From Eledone cirrhosa (Eukaryota): DNA of 64,000 nt. The position numbers and the translations under genes are program-made. This document shows positions 1-18,000 of this stretch, piece by piece; position 1 is the first letter of the stretch; each line of letters starts with the position of its first letter. Location of the stretch: positions 27,838,001-27,902,000 of the forward strand of contig OZ024741.1 in assembly GCA_964016885.1 (NCBI GenBank). Direction: 5' to 3'. The notes below the pieces were generated by a model. The model ran no database searches and had not been told where the DNA came from. It saw only the letters and a list, made by a program, of their open reading frames with translations.

Positions 1-3000
1 TCAAACATTCTGACCACTACTACACCAATCATAAACATTCTGGCCACTACTACACCAATCATAAACATTCTGACCACTACTACACCAATCATAAACATTC
101 TGACGACTACTACACCAATCATAAACATTCTGACCACTACTACACCCATCAAACATTCTGACCACTACTACACCCATCATAAACATTCTGGCCACTACTA
201 CACCCATCATAAACATTCTGGCCACTACTATCCCATCATAAACATTCTGACCACTACTACACCCATCAAACATTCTGACCACTACTACACCCATCATAAA
301 CATTCTGGCCACTACTATCCCATCATAAACATTCTGACCACTACTACACCCATCAAACATTCTGACCACTACTACACCCATCAAACATTCTGACCACTAC
401 TACACCCATCATAAACATTCTGGCCACTACTATCCCATCATAAACATTCTGGCCACTACTACACCAATCATAAACATTCTGACCACTACTACACCAATCA
501 TAAACATTCTGGCCACTACTACACCCATCATAAACATTCTGGCCACTACTACACCCATCATAAACATTCTGGCCACTACTACACCCATCATAAACATTCT
601 GGCCACTACTACACCAATCATAAACATTCTGGCCACTACTACACCCATCATAAACATTCTGGCCACTACTACACCCATCATAAGCATTCTGGCCACTACT
701 ACACCATCATAAACATTCTGGCCACTACTACACCCATCATAAACATTCTCACCACAACTATCCCATCATAAACATTCTGACCACTACTACACCAATCATA
801 AACATTCTGACCACTACTACACCCATCATAAACCTTCTGACCACTACTACACCCATCATAAACATCCTGACCACTACTACACCCATCATAAACATTCTGG
901 CCACTACTACACCCATCATAAACATTCTGACCACTACTACACCCATCATAAACATTCTGGCCACTACTACACCAATCATAAACATTCTGGCCACTACTAC
1001 ACCCATCATAAACATTCTGGCCACTACTACACCCATCATAAACATTCTCACAACTACACCCATCAAACATTCTGACCACTACTACACCCATCATAAACAT
1101 TCTGGCCACTACTACACCCATCATAAACATCCAGACCACTACTACACCCATCATAAACATTCTCACCACAACCATCCCATCATAAACATTCTGGCCACTA
1201 CTACACCCATCATAAATATTCTGGCCACTACTACACCCATCATAAACATTCTGACCACTACTACACCCATCATAAACATTCTGACCACTACTACACCCAT
1301 CATAAACATTCTGGCCACTACTACACCATCATAAACATTCTGGCCACTACTACACCCATCATAAACATTCTCACCACAACCATCCCATCATAAAAATTCT
1401 GACCACTACTACACCCATCATAAACATTCTGACCACTACTACACCCATCATAAACATTCTGACCACTACTACACCCATCATAAACATTCTGGCCACTACT
1501 ATCCCATCATAAACATTCTGACCACTACTACACCCATCATAAACATTCTGACCACTACTACACCCATCATAAACATTCTGGCCACTACTATCCCATCATA
1601 AACATTCTGGCCACTACTACACCCATCATAAACATTCTGGCCACTACTATCCCATCATAAACATTCTGGCCACTACTACACCCATCATAAACATTCTGAC
1701 CACTACTACACCCATCATAAACATTCTGGCCACTACTACACCAATCATAAACATTCTGGCCACTACTACACCCATCATAAACATTCTGGCCACTACTACA
1801 CCTATCATAAAGATTCTGACCACTACTACACCCATCATAAACATTCTGACCACTACTACACCCATCATAAACATTCTGACCACTACTACACCCATCATAA
1901 ACATTCTGGCCACTACTATCCCATCATAAACATTCTGACCACTACTACACCCATCATAAACATTCTGACCACTACTACACCCATCATAAACATTCTGGCC
2001 ACTACTATCCCATCATAAACATTCTGACCACTACTACACCCATCATAAACATTCTGACCACTACTACACCCATCATAAACATTCTGGCCACTACTATCCC
2101 ATCATAAACATTCTGGCCACTACTACACCAATCATAAACATTCTGACCACTACTACACCCATCATAAACATTCTGGCCACTACTACACCCATCATAAACA
2201 TTCTGACCACTACTACACCCATCATAAACATTCTGGCCACTACTACACCCATCATAAACATTCTGACCACTACTACACCCATCATAAACATTCTGGCCAC
2301 TACCACACCCATCATAAACATTCTGGCCACTACTACACCCATCATAAACATTCTGACCACTACTACACCCATCATAAACATTCTGACCACTACTACACCC
2401 ATCATAAACATTCTGGCCACTACTACACCAATCATAAACATTCTGGCCACTACTACACCCATCATAAACATTCTGACCACTACTACACCCATCATAAACA
2501 TTCTGGCCACTACCACACCCATCATAAACATTCTGGCCACTACTACACCCATCATAAACATTCTGGCCACTACTACACCCATCATAAACATTCTGACCAC
2601 TACTACACCCATCATAAACATTCTGGCCACTACTACACCAATCATAAACATTCTGGCCACTACTACACCAATCATAAACATTCTGGCCACTACTACACCC
2701 ATCATAAACATTCTGGCCACTACTGCTACTATCATAAACATTCTGGCCACTACTACACCCATCATAAACATTCTGGCCACTACTACATCCATCATAAACA
2801 TTCTGACCACTACTACACCCATCATAAACATTCTGGCCACTATTAAACCCATCGTAAACATTCTGGCCACTACTACACCAATCATAAACATTCTGACCAC
2901 TACTACACCCATCATAAACATTCTGACCACTACTACACCCATCATAAACATTCTGGCCACTACTAGACCCATCATAAACATTCTGGCCACTACTACACCC

Positions 3001-6000
3001 ATCATAAACATTCTGACCACTACTACACCAATCATAAACATTCTGACCACTACTACACCAATCATAAACATTCTGACCACTACTACACCAATCATAAACA
3101 TTCTGACCACTACTACACCAATCATAAACATTCTGACCACTACTACACCAATCATAAACATTCCGACTACTACACCCGTCATAAACATTCTGACCACTAC
3201 TACACCAATCATAAACATTCTGACCACTACTACACCAATCATAAACATTCTGACCACTACTACACCAATCATAAACATTCTGGCCACTACTACACCAATC
3301 ATAAACATTCTGACCACTACTACACCAATCATAAACATTCTGACCACTACTACACCAATCAAACATTCTGGCCACTACTACACCAATCATAAAGATTCTG
3401 GCCACTACTACACCAATCCTAAACATTCTGACCACTACTACACTAATCATAAACATTCTGGCCACTACTACACCAATCATAAACATTCTGACCACTACTA
3501 CACCAATCATAAACATTCTGACCACTACTACACCAATCATAAACATTCTGGCCACTACTACACCCATCATAAACATTCTGACCACTACTACACCAATCAT
3601 AAACATTCTAACCACTACTACACCAATCATAAACATTCTGACCACTACTACACCAATCATAAACATTCTGACCACTACTACACCAATCATAAACATTCTG
3701 GCCACTACTACACCCATCATAAACATTCTGACCACTACTACACCCATCATAAACATTCTGGCCACTACTACACCAATCATAAACATTCTGGCCACTACTA
3801 CACCAATCATAAACATTCTGGCCACTACTACACCCATCATAAACATTCTGACCACTACTACACCCATCATAAACATTCTGGCCACTTCTACACCAATCAT
3901 AAACATTCTGGCCACTACTACACCAATCATAAACATTCTGGCCACTACTACACCAATCATAAACATTCTGACCACTACTACACCAATCATAAACATTCTG
4001 ACCACTACTACACCAATCATAAACATTCTGGCCACTACTACACCCATCATAAACATTCTGACCACTACTACACCAATCATAAACATTCTGGCCACTACTA
4101 CACCAATCATAAACATTCTGACCACTACTACACCAATCATAAACATTCTGACCACTACTACACCAATCATAAACATTCTGACCACTACTACACCCATCAA
4201 ACATTCTGACCACTACTACACCAATCATAAACATTCTGACCACTACTACACCCATCAAACATTCTGGCCACTACTACACCCATCATAAACATTCTGGCCA
4301 CTACTACACCCATCATAAACATTCTGGCCACTACTATCCCATCATAAACATTCTGACCACTACTACACCCATCAAACATTCTGACCACTACTACACCCAT
4401 CATAAACATTCTGGCCACTACTATCCCATCATAAACATTCTGACCACTACTACACCCATCAAACATTCTGACCACTACTACACCCATCATAAACATTCTG
4501 GCCACTACTATCCCATCATAAACATTCTGGCCACTACTACACCAATCATAAACATTCTGACCACTACTACACCAATCATAAACATTCTGGCCACTACTAC
4601 ACCAATCATAAACATTCTGGCCACTACTACACCAATCATAAACATTCTGGCCACTACTACACCCATCATAAACATTCTGGCCACTACTACACCCATCATA
4701 AACATTCTGGCCACTACTACACCAATCATAAACATTCTGGCCACTACTACACCCATCATAAACATTCTGGCCACTACTACACCCATCATAAGCATTCTGG
4801 CCACTACTACACCATCATAAACATTCTGGCCACTACTACACCCATCATAAACATTCTCACCACAACTATCCCATCATAAACATTCTGACCACTACTACAC
4901 CAATCATAAACATTCTGACCACTACTACACCCATCATAAACCTTCTGACCACTACTACACCCATCATAAACATCCTGACCACTACTACACCCATCATAAA
5001 CATTCTGGCCACTACTACACCCATCATAAACATTCTGACCACTACTACACTCATCATAAACATTCTGGCCACTACTACACCCATCATAAACATTCTGGCC
5101 ACTACTACACCCATCATAAACATTCTGACCACTACTACACCCATCATAAACATTCTGGCCACTACCACACCCATCATAAACATTCTGGCCACTACTACAC
5201 CCATCATAAACATTCTGACCACTACTACACCCATCATAAACATTCTGACCACTACTACACCCATCATAAACATTCTGGCCACTACTACACCAATCATAAA
5301 CATTCTGGCCACTACTACACCCATCATAAACATTCTGGCCACTACTGCTACTATCATAAACATTCTGACCACTACTACACCCATCATAAACATTCTGGCC
5401 ACTACTACACCCATCATAAACATTCTGACCACTACTACACCCATCATAAACATTCTGGCCACTACCACACCCATCATAAACATTCTGGCCACTACTACAC
5501 CCATCATAAACATTCTGGCCACTACTACACCCATCATAAACATTCTGACCACTACTACACCCATCATAAACATTCTGGCCACTACTACACCAATCATAAA
5601 CATTCTGGCCACTACTACACCAATCATAAACATTCTGGCCACTACTACACCCATCATAAACATTCTGGCCACTACTGCTACTATCATAAACATTCTGGCC
5701 ACTACTACACCCATCATAAACATTCTGGCCACTACTACATCCATCATAAACATTCTGACCACTACTACACCCATCATAAACATTCTGGCCACTATTAAAC
5801 CCATCGTAAACATTCTGGCCACTACTACACCAATCATAAACATTCTGACCACTACTACACCCATCATAAACATTCTGACCACTACTACACCCATCATAAA
5901 CATTCTGGCCACTACTAGACCCATCATAAACATTCTGGCCACTACTACACCCATCATAAACATTCTGACCACTACTACACCAATCATAAACATTCTGACC

Positions 6001-9000
6001 ACTACTACACCAATCATAAACATTCTGACCACTACTACACCAATCATAAACATTCTGACCACTACTACACCAATCATAAACATTCTGACCACTACTACAC
6101 CAATCATAAACATTCTGACCACTACTACACCAATCATAAACATTCCGACTACTACACCCGTCATAAACATTCTGACCACTACTACACCAATCATAAACAT
6201 TCTGACCACTACTACACCAATCATAAACATTCTGACCACTACTACACCAATCATAAACATTCTGGCCACTACTACACCAATCATAAACATTCTGACCACT
6301 ACTACACCAATCATAAACATTCTGACCACTACTACACCAATCATAAACATTCTGGCCACTACTACACCAATCATAAAGATTCTGGCCACTACTACACCAA
6401 TCCTAAACATTCTGACCACTACTACACTAATCATAAACATTCTGGCCACTACTACACCAATCATAAACATTCTGACCACTACTACACCAATCATAAACAT
6501 TCTGACCACTACTACACCAATCATAAACATTCTGGCCACTACTACACCCATCATAAACATTCTGACCACTACTACACCAATCATAAACATTCTAACCACT
6601 ACTACACCAATCATAAACATTCTGGCCACTACTACACCAATCATAAACATTCTGGCCACTACTACACCAATCATAAACATTCTGACCACTACTACACCAA
6701 TCATAAACATTCTGGCCACTACTACACCAATCATAAACATTCTGACCACTACTACACCAATCATAAACATTCTGACCACTACTACACCAATCATAAACAT
6801 TCTGGCCACTACTACACCCATCATAAACATTCTGACCACTACTACACCCATCATAAACATTCTGGCCACTACTACACCAATCATAAACATTCTGGCCACT
6901 ACTACACCCATCATAAACATTCTGACCACTACTACACCCATCATAAACATTCTGGCCACTACTACACCCATCATAAACATTCTGGCCACTTCTACACCAA
7001 TCATAAACATTCTGGCCACTACTACACCAATCATAAACATTCTGACCACTACTACACCAATCATAAACATTCTGACCACTACTACACCAATCATAAACAT
7101 TCTGGCCACTACTACACCCATCATAAACATTCTGACCACTACTACACCAATCATAAACATTCTGGCCACTACTACACCAATCATAAACATTCTGACCACT
7201 ACTACACCAATCATAAACATTCTGACCACTACTACACCAATCATAAACATTCTGACCACTACTACACCCATCAAACATTCTGACCACTACTACACCAATC
7301 ATAAACATTCTGACCACTACTACACCCATCAAACATTCTGGCCACTACTACACCCATCATAAACATTCTGGCCACTACTACACCCATCATAAACATTCTG
7401 GCCACTACTATCCCATCATAAACATTCTGACCACTACTACACCCATCAAACATTCTGACCACTACTACACCCATCATAAACATTCTGGCCACTACTATCC
7501 CATCATAAACATTCTGACCACTACTACACCCATCAAACATTCTGACCACTACTACACCCATCATAAACATTCTGGCCACTACTATCCCATCATAAACATT
7601 CTGGCCACTACTACACCAATCATAAACATTCTGACCACTACTACACCAATCATAAACATTCTGGCCACTACTACACCAATCATAAACATTCTGGCCACTA
7701 CTACACCCATCATAAACATTCTGGCCACTACTACACCCATCATAAACATTCTGGCCACTACTACACCCATCATAAACATTCTGGCCACTACTACACCAAT
7801 CATAAACATTCTGGCCACTACTACACCCATCATAAACATTCTGGCCACTACTACACCCATCATAAGCATTCTGGCCACTACTACACCATCATAAACATTC
7901 TGGCCACTACTACAACCATCATAAACATTCTCACCACAACTATCCCATCATAAACATTCTGACCACTACTACACCAATCATAAACATTCTGACCACTACT
8001 ACACCCATCATAAACCTTCTGACCACTACTACACCCATCATAAACATCCTGACCACTACTACACCCATCATAAACATTCTGGCCACTACTACACCCATCA
8101 TAAACATTCTGACCACTACTACACTCATCATAAACATTCTGGCCACTACTACACCAATCATAAACATTCTGGCCACTACTACACCCATCATAAACATTCT
8201 GGCCACTACTACACCCATCATAAACATTCTCACAACTACACCCATCAAACATTCTGACCACTACTACACCCATCATAAACATTCTGGCCACTACTACACC
8301 CATCATAAACATCCAGACCACTACTACACCCATCATAAACATTCTCACCACAACCATCCCATCATAAACATTCTGGCCACTACTACACCCATCATAAACA
8401 TTCTGGCCACTACTACACCCATCATAAACATTCTCACCACAACCATCCCATCATAAAAATTCTGACCACTACTACACCCATCATAAACATTCTGACCACT
8501 ACTACACCCATCATAAACATTCTGACCACTACTACACCCATCATAAACATTCTGGCCACTACTATCCCATCATAAACATTCTGACCACTACTACACCCAT
8601 CATAAACATTCTGACCACTACTACACCCATCATAAACATTCTGGCCACTACTACACCCATCATAAACATTCTGGCCACTACTATCCCATCATAAACATTC
8701 TGGCCACTACTACACCCATCATAAACATTCTGACCACTACTACACCCATCATAAACATTCTGGCCACTACTACACCAATCATAAACATTCTGGCCACTAC
8801 TACACCCATCATAAACATTCTGGCCACTACTACACCCATCATAAAGATTCTGACCACTACTACACCCATCATAAACATTCTGACCACTACTACACCCATC
8901 ATAAACATTCTGACCACTACTACACCCATCATAAACATTCTGGCCACTAGTATCCCATCATAAACATTCTGACCACTACTACACCCATCATAAACATTCT

Positions 9001-12000
9001 GACCACTACTACACCCATCATAAACATTCTGGCCACTACTATCCCATCATAAACATTCTGACCACTACTACACCCATCATAAACATTCTGACCACTACTA
9101 CACCCATCATAAACATTCTGGCCACTACTATCCCATCATAAACATTCTGGCCACTACTACACCAATCATAAACATTCTGACCACTACTACACCCATCATA
9201 AACATTCTGGCCACTACTACACCCATCATAAACATTCTGACCACTACTACACCCATCATAAACATTCTGGCCACTACTACACCCATCATAAACATTCTGA
9301 CCACTACTATCCCATCATAAACATTCTGACCACTACTACACCAATCATAAACATTCTGACCACTACTACACCAATCATAAACATTCTGACCACTACTACA
9401 CCAATCATAAACATTCCGACCACTACTACACCCATCATAAACATTCTGACAACTACTACACCAATCATAAACATTCTGACCACTACTACACCAATCATAA
9501 ACATTCTGACCACTACTACACCAATCATAAACATTCTGGCCACTACTACACCAATCATAAACATTCTGACCACTACTACACCAATCATAAACATTCCGAC
9601 CACTACTACACCCGTCATAAACATTCTGACCACTACTACACCAATCATAAACATTCTGACCACTACTACACCAATCATAAACATTCTGACCACTACTACA
9701 CCAATCATAAACATTCTGGCCACTACTACACCAATCATAAACATTCTGACCACTACTACACCAATCATAAACATTCTGACCACTACTACACCAATCATAA
9801 ACATTCTGGCCACTACTACACCCATCATAAACATTCTGGCCACTACTACACCCATCATAAACATTCTGACCACTACTACACCCATCATAAACATTCTGAC
9901 CACTACTAAACCCATCATAAACATTCTGGCCACTACTACACCCATCATAAACATTCTGACCACTACTACACCCATCATAAACATTCTGACCACTACTACA
10001 CCCATCATAAACATTCTGGCCACTACTACACCCATCATAAACATTCTGACCACTACTACACCCATCATAAACATTCTGACCACTACTAAACCCATCAAAC
10101 ATTCTGGCCACTACTACACCCATCATAAACATTCTGACTACTACTACACCATCATAAACATTCTCACCACAACTATCCCATCATAAACATTCTGGCCACT
10201 ACTACACCCATCATAAACATTCTGACCACTACTACACCCATCATAAATATTCTGGCCACTACTATCCCATCATAAACATTCTGACCACTACTACACCCAT
10301 CATAAACATTCTGACCACTACTACACCCATCATAAACATTCTGGCCACTACTATCCCATCATAAACATTCTGGCCACTACTACACCCATCATAAACATTC
10401 TGGCCACTACTATCCCATCATAAACATTCTGGCCACTACTACACCCATCATAAACATTCTGACCACTACTACACCCATCATAAACATTCTGGCCACTACT
10501 ACACCAATCATAAACATTCTGGCCACTACTACACCCATCATAAACATTCTGGCCACTACTACACCCATCATAAACATTCTGACCACTACTACACCCATCA
10601 TAAACATTCTGACCACTACTACACCCATCATAAACATTCTGACCACTACTACACCCATCATAAACATTCTGACCACTACTACACCCATCATAAACATTCT
10701 GGCCACTACTATCCCATCATAAACATTCTGACCACTACTACACCCATCATAAACATTCTGACCACTACTACACCCATCATAAACATTCTGGCCACTACTA
10801 TCCCATCATAAACATTCTGACCACTACTACACCCATCATAAACATTCTGACCACTACTACACCCATCATAAACATTCTGGCCACTACTATCCCATCATAA
10901 ACATTCTGGCCACTACTACACCAATCATAAACATTCTGACCACTACTACACCCATCATAAACATTCTGGCCACTACTACACCCATCATAAACATTCTGAC
11001 CACTACTACACCCATCATAAACATTCTGGCCACTACTACACCCATCATAAACATTCTGACCACTACTACACCCATCATAAACATTCTGGCCACTACCACA
11101 CCCATCATAAACATTCTGGCCACTACTACACCCATCATAAACATTCTGACCACTACTACACCCATCATAAACATTCTGACCACTACTACACCCATCATAA
11201 ACATTCTGGCCACTACTACACCAATCATAAACATTCTGGCCACTACTACACCCATCATAAACATTCTGGCCACTACTGCTACTATCATAAACATTCTGGC
11301 CACTACTACACCCATCATAAACATTCTGGCCACTACTACACCCATCATAAACATTCTGACCACTACTACACCCATCATAAACATTCTGACCACTACTACA
11401 CCCATCATAAACATTCTGGCCACTATTAAACCCATCGTAAACATTCTGGCCACTACTACACCAATCATAAACATTCTGACCACTACTACACCCATCATAA
11501 ACATTCTGACCACTACTACACCCATCATAAACATTCTGGCCACTACTAGACCCATCATAAAGATTCTGGCCACTACTACACCCATCATAAACATTCTGAC
11601 CACTACTACACCAATCATAAACATCCTGACCACCACTACACCAATCATAAACATTCTGACCATTACTACACCAATCATAAACATTCTGACCACTACTACA
11701 CCAATCATAAACATTCCGACCACTACTACACCCGTCATAAACATTCTGACCACTACTATACCAATCATAAACATTCTGACCACTACTACACCAATCATAA
11801 ACATTCTGACCACTACTACACCAATCATAAACATTCTGGCCACTACTACACCAATCATAAACATTCTGACCACTACTACACCAATCATAAACATTCTGAC
11901 CATTACTATACCAATCATAAACATTCTGACCACTACTACACCAATCATAAACATTCCGACCACTACTACACCCGTCATAAACATTCTGACCACTACTACA

Positions 12001-15000
12001 CCAATCATAAACATTCTGACCACTACTACACCAATCATAAACATTCTGACCACTACTACACCAATCATAAACATTCTGGCCACTACTACACCAATCATAA
12101 ACATTCTGACCACTACTACACCAATCATAAACATTCTGACCACTACTACACCAATCATAAACATTCTGGCCACTACTACACCCATCATAAACATTCTGGC
12201 CACTACTACACCCATCATAAACATTCTGACCACTACTACAGCCATCATAAACATTCTGACCACTACTAAACCCATCATAAACATTCTGGCCACTACTACA
12301 CCCATCGTAAACATTCTGACCACTACTACACCCATCATAAACATTCTGACCACTACTACACCCATCATAAACATTCTGGCCACTACTACACCCATCATAA
12401 ACATTCTGACCACTACTAAACCCATCAAACATTCTGGCCACTACTACACCCATCATAAACATTCTGACCACTACTACACCATCATAAACATTCTCACCAC
12501 AACTATCCCATCATAAACATTCTGGCCACTACTACACCCATCATAAACATTCTGACCACTACTACACCCATCATAAACATTCTGACCACTACTAAACCCA
12601 TCATAAACATTCTGGCCACTACTACACCCATCATAAACATTCTGACCACTACTACACCCATCATAAACATTCTGACCACTACTACACCCATCATAAACAT
12701 TCTGGCCACTACTACACCCATCATAAACATTCTGACCACTACCACACCCATCATAAACATTCTGGCCACTACTACACCCATCATAAACATTCTGACCACT
12801 ACTACACCAATCATAAACATTCTGGCCACTACTACACCCATCATAAACATTCTGGCCACTACTACACCCATCATAAACATTCTGACCACTACTACACCCA
12901 TCATAAACATTCTGACCACTACTAAACCCATCATAAACATTCTGGCCACTACTACACCCATCGTAAACATTCTGACCACTACTACACCCATCATAAACAT
13001 TCTGACCACTACTACACCCATCATAAACATTCTGGCCACTACTACACCCATCATAAACATTCTGACCACTACTAAACCCATCAAACATTCTGGCCACTAC
13101 TACACCCATCATAAACATTCTGACCACTACTACACCATCATAAACATTCTCACCACAACTATCCCATCATAAACATTCTGGCCACTACTACACCCATCAT
13201 AAACATTCTGACCACTACTACACCCATCATAAACATTCTGACCACTACTAAACCCATCATAAACATTCTGGCCACTACTACACCCATCATAAACATTCTG
13301 ACCACTACTACACCCATCATAAACATTCTGACCACTACTACACCCATCATAAACATTCTGGCCACTACTACACCCATCATAAACATTCTGGCCACTACTA
13401 CACCCATCATAAACATTCTGACCACTACCACACCCATCATAAACATTCTGGCCACTACTACACCCATCATAAACATTCTGACCACTACTACACCCATCAT
13501 AAACATTCTGACCACTACTACACCCATCATAAACATTCTGGCCACTACTACACCCATCATAAACATTCTGACCACTACTACACCCATCATAAACATTCTG
13601 ACCACTACTACACCCATCATAAACATTCTGGCCACTACTACACCCATCATAAACATTCTGGCCACTACTACACCCATCATAAACATTCTGACCACTACTA
13701 CACCCATCATAAACATTCTGACCACTACTAAACCCATCATAAACATTCTGACCACTACTACACCCATCATAAACATTCTGACCACTACTACACCCATCAT
13801 AAACATTCTGACCACTACTACACCCATCATAAACATTCTGGCCACTACTACACCCATCATAAACATTCTGACCACTACTAAACCCATCAAACATTCTGGC
13901 CACTACTACACCCATCATAAACATTATGACCACTACTACACCATCATAAACATTCTCACCACAACTATCCCATCATAAACATTCTGGCCACTACTACACC
14001 CATCATAAACATTCTGACCACTACTAAACCCATCAAACATTCTGGCCACTACTACACCCATCATAAACATTCTGACCACTACTACACCATCATAAACATT
14101 CTCACCACAACTATCCCATCATAAACATTCTGGCCACTACTACACCCATCATAAACATTCTGACCACTACTACACCAATCATAAACATTCTGACCACTAC
14201 TACACCCATCATAAACATTCTCACCACAACTATCCCATCATAAACATTCTGGCCACTACTACACCCATCATAAACATTCTGGCCACTTCTACACCAATCA
14301 TAAACATTCTGGCCACTACTACACCAATCATAAACATTCTGGCCACTACTACACCAATCATAAACATTCTGACCACTACTACACCAATCATAAACATTCT
14401 GACCACTACTACACCAATCATAAACATTCTGGCCACTACTACACCCATCATAAACATTCTGACCACTACTACACCAATCATAAACATTCTGGCCACTACT
14501 ACACCAATCATAAACATTCTGACCACTACTACACCAATCATAAACATTCTGACCACTACTACACCAATCATAAACATTCTGACCACTACTACACCCATCA
14601 AACATTCTGACCACTACTACACCAATCATAAACATTCTGACCACTACTACACCCATCAAACATTCTGGCCACTACTACACCCATCATAAACATTCTGGCC
14701 ACTACTACACCCATCATAAACATTCTGGCCACTACTATCCCATCATAAACATTCTGACCACTACTACACCCATCAAACATTCTGACCACTACTACACCCA
14801 TCATAAACATTCTGGCCACTACTATCCCATCATAAACATTCTGACCACTACTACACCCATCAAACATTCTGACCACTACTACACCCATCATAAACATTCT
14901 GGCCACTACTATCCCATCATAAACATTCTGGCCACTACTACACCAATCATAAACATTCTGACCACTACTACACCAATCATAAACATTCTGGCCACTACTA

Positions 15001-18000
15001 CACCAATCATAAACATTCTGGCCACTACTACACCCATCATAAACATTCTGGCCACTACTACACCCATCATAAACATTCTGGCCACTACTACACCCATCAT
15101 AAACATTCTGGCCACTACTACACCAATCATAAACATTCTGGCCACTACTACACCCATCATAAACATTCTGGCCACTACTACACCCATCATAAGCATTCTG
15201 GCCACTACTACACCATCATAAACATTCTGGCCACTACTACAACCATCATAAACATTCTCACCACAACTATCCCATCATAAACATTCTGACCACTACTACA
15301 CCAATCATAAACATTCTGACCACTACTACACCCATCATAAACCTTCTGACCACTACTACACCCATCATAAACATCCTGACCACTACTACACCCATCATAA
15401 ACATTCTGGCCACTACTACACCCATCATAAACATTCTGACCACTACTACACTCATCATAAACATTCTGGCCACTACTACACCAATCATAAACATTCTGGC
15501 CACTACTACACCCATCATAAACATTCTGGCCACTACTACACCCATCATAAACATTCTCACAACTACACCCATCAAACATTCTGACCACTACTACACCCAT
15601 CATAAACATTCTGGCCACTACTACACCCATCATAAACATCCAGACCACTACTACACCCATCATAAACATTCTCACCACAACCATCCCATCATAAACATTC
15701 TGGCCACTACTACACCCATCATAAATATTCTGGCCACTACTACACCCATCATAAACATTCTGACCACTACTACACCCATCATAAACATTCTGACCACTAC
15801 TACACCCATCATAAACATTCTGGCCACTACTACACCATCATAAACATTCTGGCCACTACTACACCCATCATAAACATTCTCACCACAACCATCCCATCAT
15901 AAAAATTCTGACCACTACTACACCCATCATAAACATTCTGACCACTACTACACCCATCATAAACATTCTGACCACTACTACACCCATCATAAACATTCTG
16001 GCCACTACTATCCCATCATAAACATTCTGACCACTACTACACCCATCATAAACATTCTGACCACTACTACACCCATCATAAACATTCTGGCCACTACTAC
16101 ACCCATCATAAACATTCTGGCCACTACTATCCCATCATAAACATTCTGGCCACTACTACACCCATCATAAACATTCTGACCACTACTACACCCATCATAA
16201 ACATTCTGGCCACTACTACACCAATCATAAACATTCTGGCCACTACTACACCCATCATAAACATTCTGGCCACTACTACACCCATCATAAAGATTCTGAC
16301 CACTACTACACCCATCATAAACATTCTGACCACTACTACACCCATCATAAACATTCTGACCACTACTACACCCATCATAAACATTCTGGCCACTAGTATC
16401 CCATCATAAACATTCTGACCACTACTACACCCATCATAAACATTCTGACCACTACTACACCCATCATAAACATTCTGGCCACTACTATCCCATCATAAAC
16501 ATTCTGACCACTACTACACCCATCATAAACATTCTGACCACTACTACACCCATCATAAACATTCTGGCCACTACTATCCCATCATAAACATTCTGGCCAC
16601 TACTACACCAATCATAAACATTCTGACCACTACTACACCCATCATAAACATTCTGGCCACTACTACACCCATCATAAACATTCTGACCACTACTACACCC
16701 ATCATAAACATTCTGGCCACTACTACACCCATCATAAACATTCTGACCACTACTATCCCATCATAAACATTCTGACCACTACTACACCAATCATAAACAT
16801 TCTGACCACTACTACACCAATCATAAACATTCTGACCACTACTACACCAATCATAAACATTCCGACCACTACTACACCCATCATAAACATTCTGACAACT
16901 ACTACACCAATCATAAACATTCTGACCACTACTACACCAATCATAAACATTCTGACCACTACTACACCAATCATAAACATTCTGGCCACTACTACACCAA
17001 TCATAAACATTCTGACCACTACTACACCAATCATAAACATTCCGACCACTACTACACCCGTCATAAACATTCTGACCACTACTACACCAATCATAAACAT
17101 TCTGACCACTACTACACCAATCATAAACATTCTGACCACTACTACACCAATCATAAACATTCTGGCCACTACTACACCAATCATAAACATTCTGACCACT
17201 ACTACACCAATCATAAACATTCTGACCACTACTACACCAATCATAAACATTCTGGCCACTACTACACCCATCATAAACATTCTGGCCACTACTACACCCA
17301 TCATAAACATTCTGACCACTACTACACCCATCATAAACATTCTGACCACTACTAAACCCATCATAAACATTCTGGCCACTACTACACCCATCATAAACAT
17401 TCTGACCACTACTACACCCATCATAAACATTCTGACCACTACTACACCCATCATAAACATTCTGGCCACTACTACACCCATCATAAACATTCTGACCACT
17501 ACTACACCCATCATAAACATTCTGACCACTACTAAACCCATCAAACATTCTGGCCACTACTACACCCATCATAAACATTCTGACTACTACTACACCATCA
17601 TAAACATTCTCACCACAACTATCCCATCATAAACATTCTGGCCACTACTACACCCATCATAAACATTCTGACCACTACTACACCCATCATAAATATTCTG
17701 GCCACTACTATCCCATCATAAACATTCTGACCACTACTACACCCATCATAAACATTCTGACCACTACTACACCCATCATAAACATTCTGGCCACTACTAT
17801 CCCATCATAAACATTCTGGCCACTACTACACCCATCATAAACATTCTGGCCACTACTATCCCATCATAAACATTCTGGCCACTACTACACCCATCATAAA
17901 CATTCTGACCACTACTACACCCATCATAAACATTCTGGCCACTACTACACCAATCATAAACATTCTGGCCACTACTACACCCATCATAAACATTCTGGCC

